Assembly: GCF_006345805.1 (NCBI RefSeq)
Contig: NC_042998.1
Coordinates: forward strand, 148,676,001-148,740,000
Direction of reading: 5' to 3'
Source: Octopus sinensis
Lineage: Eukaryota
Length of the DNA stretch: 64,000 bases
Shown piece after piece: positions 62,725 to 64,000 of this stretch. Position numbers and translations under genes: made by a program. The notes under the pieces were generated by a model. That model had not been told where the DNA came from and made no database searches. It worked only from the letters and a program-made list of their open reading frames with translations. The first letter of the stretch is position 1, and every line of letters begins with the position of its first letter.

Positions 62725-63195
62725 TGCGGTGTGGTAACTTTGCATCCCAGCCACTCGGTCCCGGGTACAGTCACACTGCGCGGCACCTTGTGAGTGGATT
62801 TGGTAGAAGCTATACACACAGAGATAGTCACACACACACACACGCACATGTATATATATATATATATAATATATATATAAGAATTTCGTTGTATATATAT
62901 AGAGATATCTGTGTGTGTGTGAGTGTATGTATGTATGCATGCATGTATGTACGTCTTTGAGTAAGTACGTGTGTGTGTGTGTCTGTGTGTTTTTGTATAT
63001 GTGTTTTTCCCCATCACCGCTTGACAACCGGTGTTTCGTGTGTTTGTGTTCCCGTAATCTAGCGCTTCGGCAAAGAGACCGATACTATTAGTACTGATCT
63101 TAAAAAATAAACCCTTTGGTTGATTTGCTCGACTAAAATTTCTTCAAGTCAGTGCTCCAGCATGGCCGTAGCCAAATAACCGAAACAAATAAAAG
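62725..63195 (+). mobile_element. SINE family A, old and diverged
   Basis: CACTGCGCGGCACCTTGTGAGTGGATTTGGTAG ... TTGACAACCGGTG ... GTGCTCCAGCATGGCCG. Confidence 0.75.
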
Positions 63196-63862
63196 TTATA
63201 CATTCTATATATACAAACACACACACACACACGCACACACACACACATACACACACACATACACACACAGCCACATATACGTATGCATGTATATCATATT
63301 GAAATGCTGACGGTCTTCTCATTTCATCTTTTTCTGTATTTGGATTCAATGACATAGAACTACGAAGCCATATGCATCATATTGTATCCTAAAGTGTGTT
63401 AAACGTAAGTTGCCCAGTTGTAAATGTGCTTCTCAGAAGTCTGAGATAGTTTGTAAACGTTGATAGCTATAGCAAAAGAACTATAGCTGGTGTCGCTTTC
63501 ACGACATGAATATCACGTGTCCTTAGCTGAGTGATACAGGACTAATGCCTATAAGCCACGTTGATTTTGTCTCAGATCTCTCACTCTTCTAACAACTGAA
63601 GAGATGGTTGTATCTCGACAGCTTAAGTCATACGGAGCTGATTATAGAAAGATTAGAAGGTGTGTTCTAGACCACGCCTTCCAACCCTATAAATTCGAAT
63701 GTAGAATTTGAAAGCAACACAAGCCCAACAAATGTCCAGGTCGACTGTTTAAAATCTAACCTGATGATGATGGTTTATATATTATGATACAATCTTTTAC
63801 GACTACATTAAATAAAATTTTGCCTACATAGCTGATGTAAACTTTAAACACTGTTCGCGTTA

Positions 63863-63898
<36 letters not shown>

Positions 63899-64000
63899 GT
63901 GTGTGACAAGGAAAATAAGATAAGGTAGAAAATGCTAAAATAATTTTGTCATGAAGAACAATTTAGCACCGGTTTCAGACTTTGCGACTTTTTCAACTTA

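Noticed and set aside
63594-63628. CTGAA-GAGAT...ATCTC-GACAGC minimal hammerhead-like motif
   Set aside because: G8/A9 overlap the stem and GAAA reads GACA; the core is not intact.

Overview
This is AT-rich, microsatellite-dense eukaryotic DNA with no recognisable host protein-coding exon, rRNA, tRNA gene or CRISPR array. The SINE families and repeat landscape resemble octopus/cephalopod DNA (recalled resemblance, not database-checked). Almost all ORF-track entries are translations of (TA)n/(CA)n/(ATT)n repeats. Real content: (i) about 25 copies or fragments of two tRNA-headed SINE families plus a third SINE; (ii) a ~13 kb nest (22.7-36.0 kb, outliers at 15.6-18.8 kb) of 11 decayed R4/Dong-like restriction-like-endonuclease (RLE) retrotransposon fragments from at least four lineages, all on the minus strand and interleaved with (TAA)n arrays; (iii) mariner/Tc1 relics, a piggyBac-type MITE, a MITE with an 8-bp TSD, a solo LTR, and L1/Tx1, RTE and Hero-like fragments; (iv) the most interesting signal, a set of hammerhead-ribozyme-like motifs in Penelope-like remnants. 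One (minus strand, 21577-21680) has an intact core and is paired with an 81-bp perfect antisense copy of its own 5' half. Three are decayed relatives that share an 8-nt (quasi-)palindromic stem III, two of them with long stem II inserts. One is a U3-A8 core variant inside a perfect 46-bp palindrome, and one may have its strands in a non-canonical order. No ribozyme activity is shown; these are folding-by-eye predictions. Element boundaries are approximate unless a TSD or TIR is quoted.
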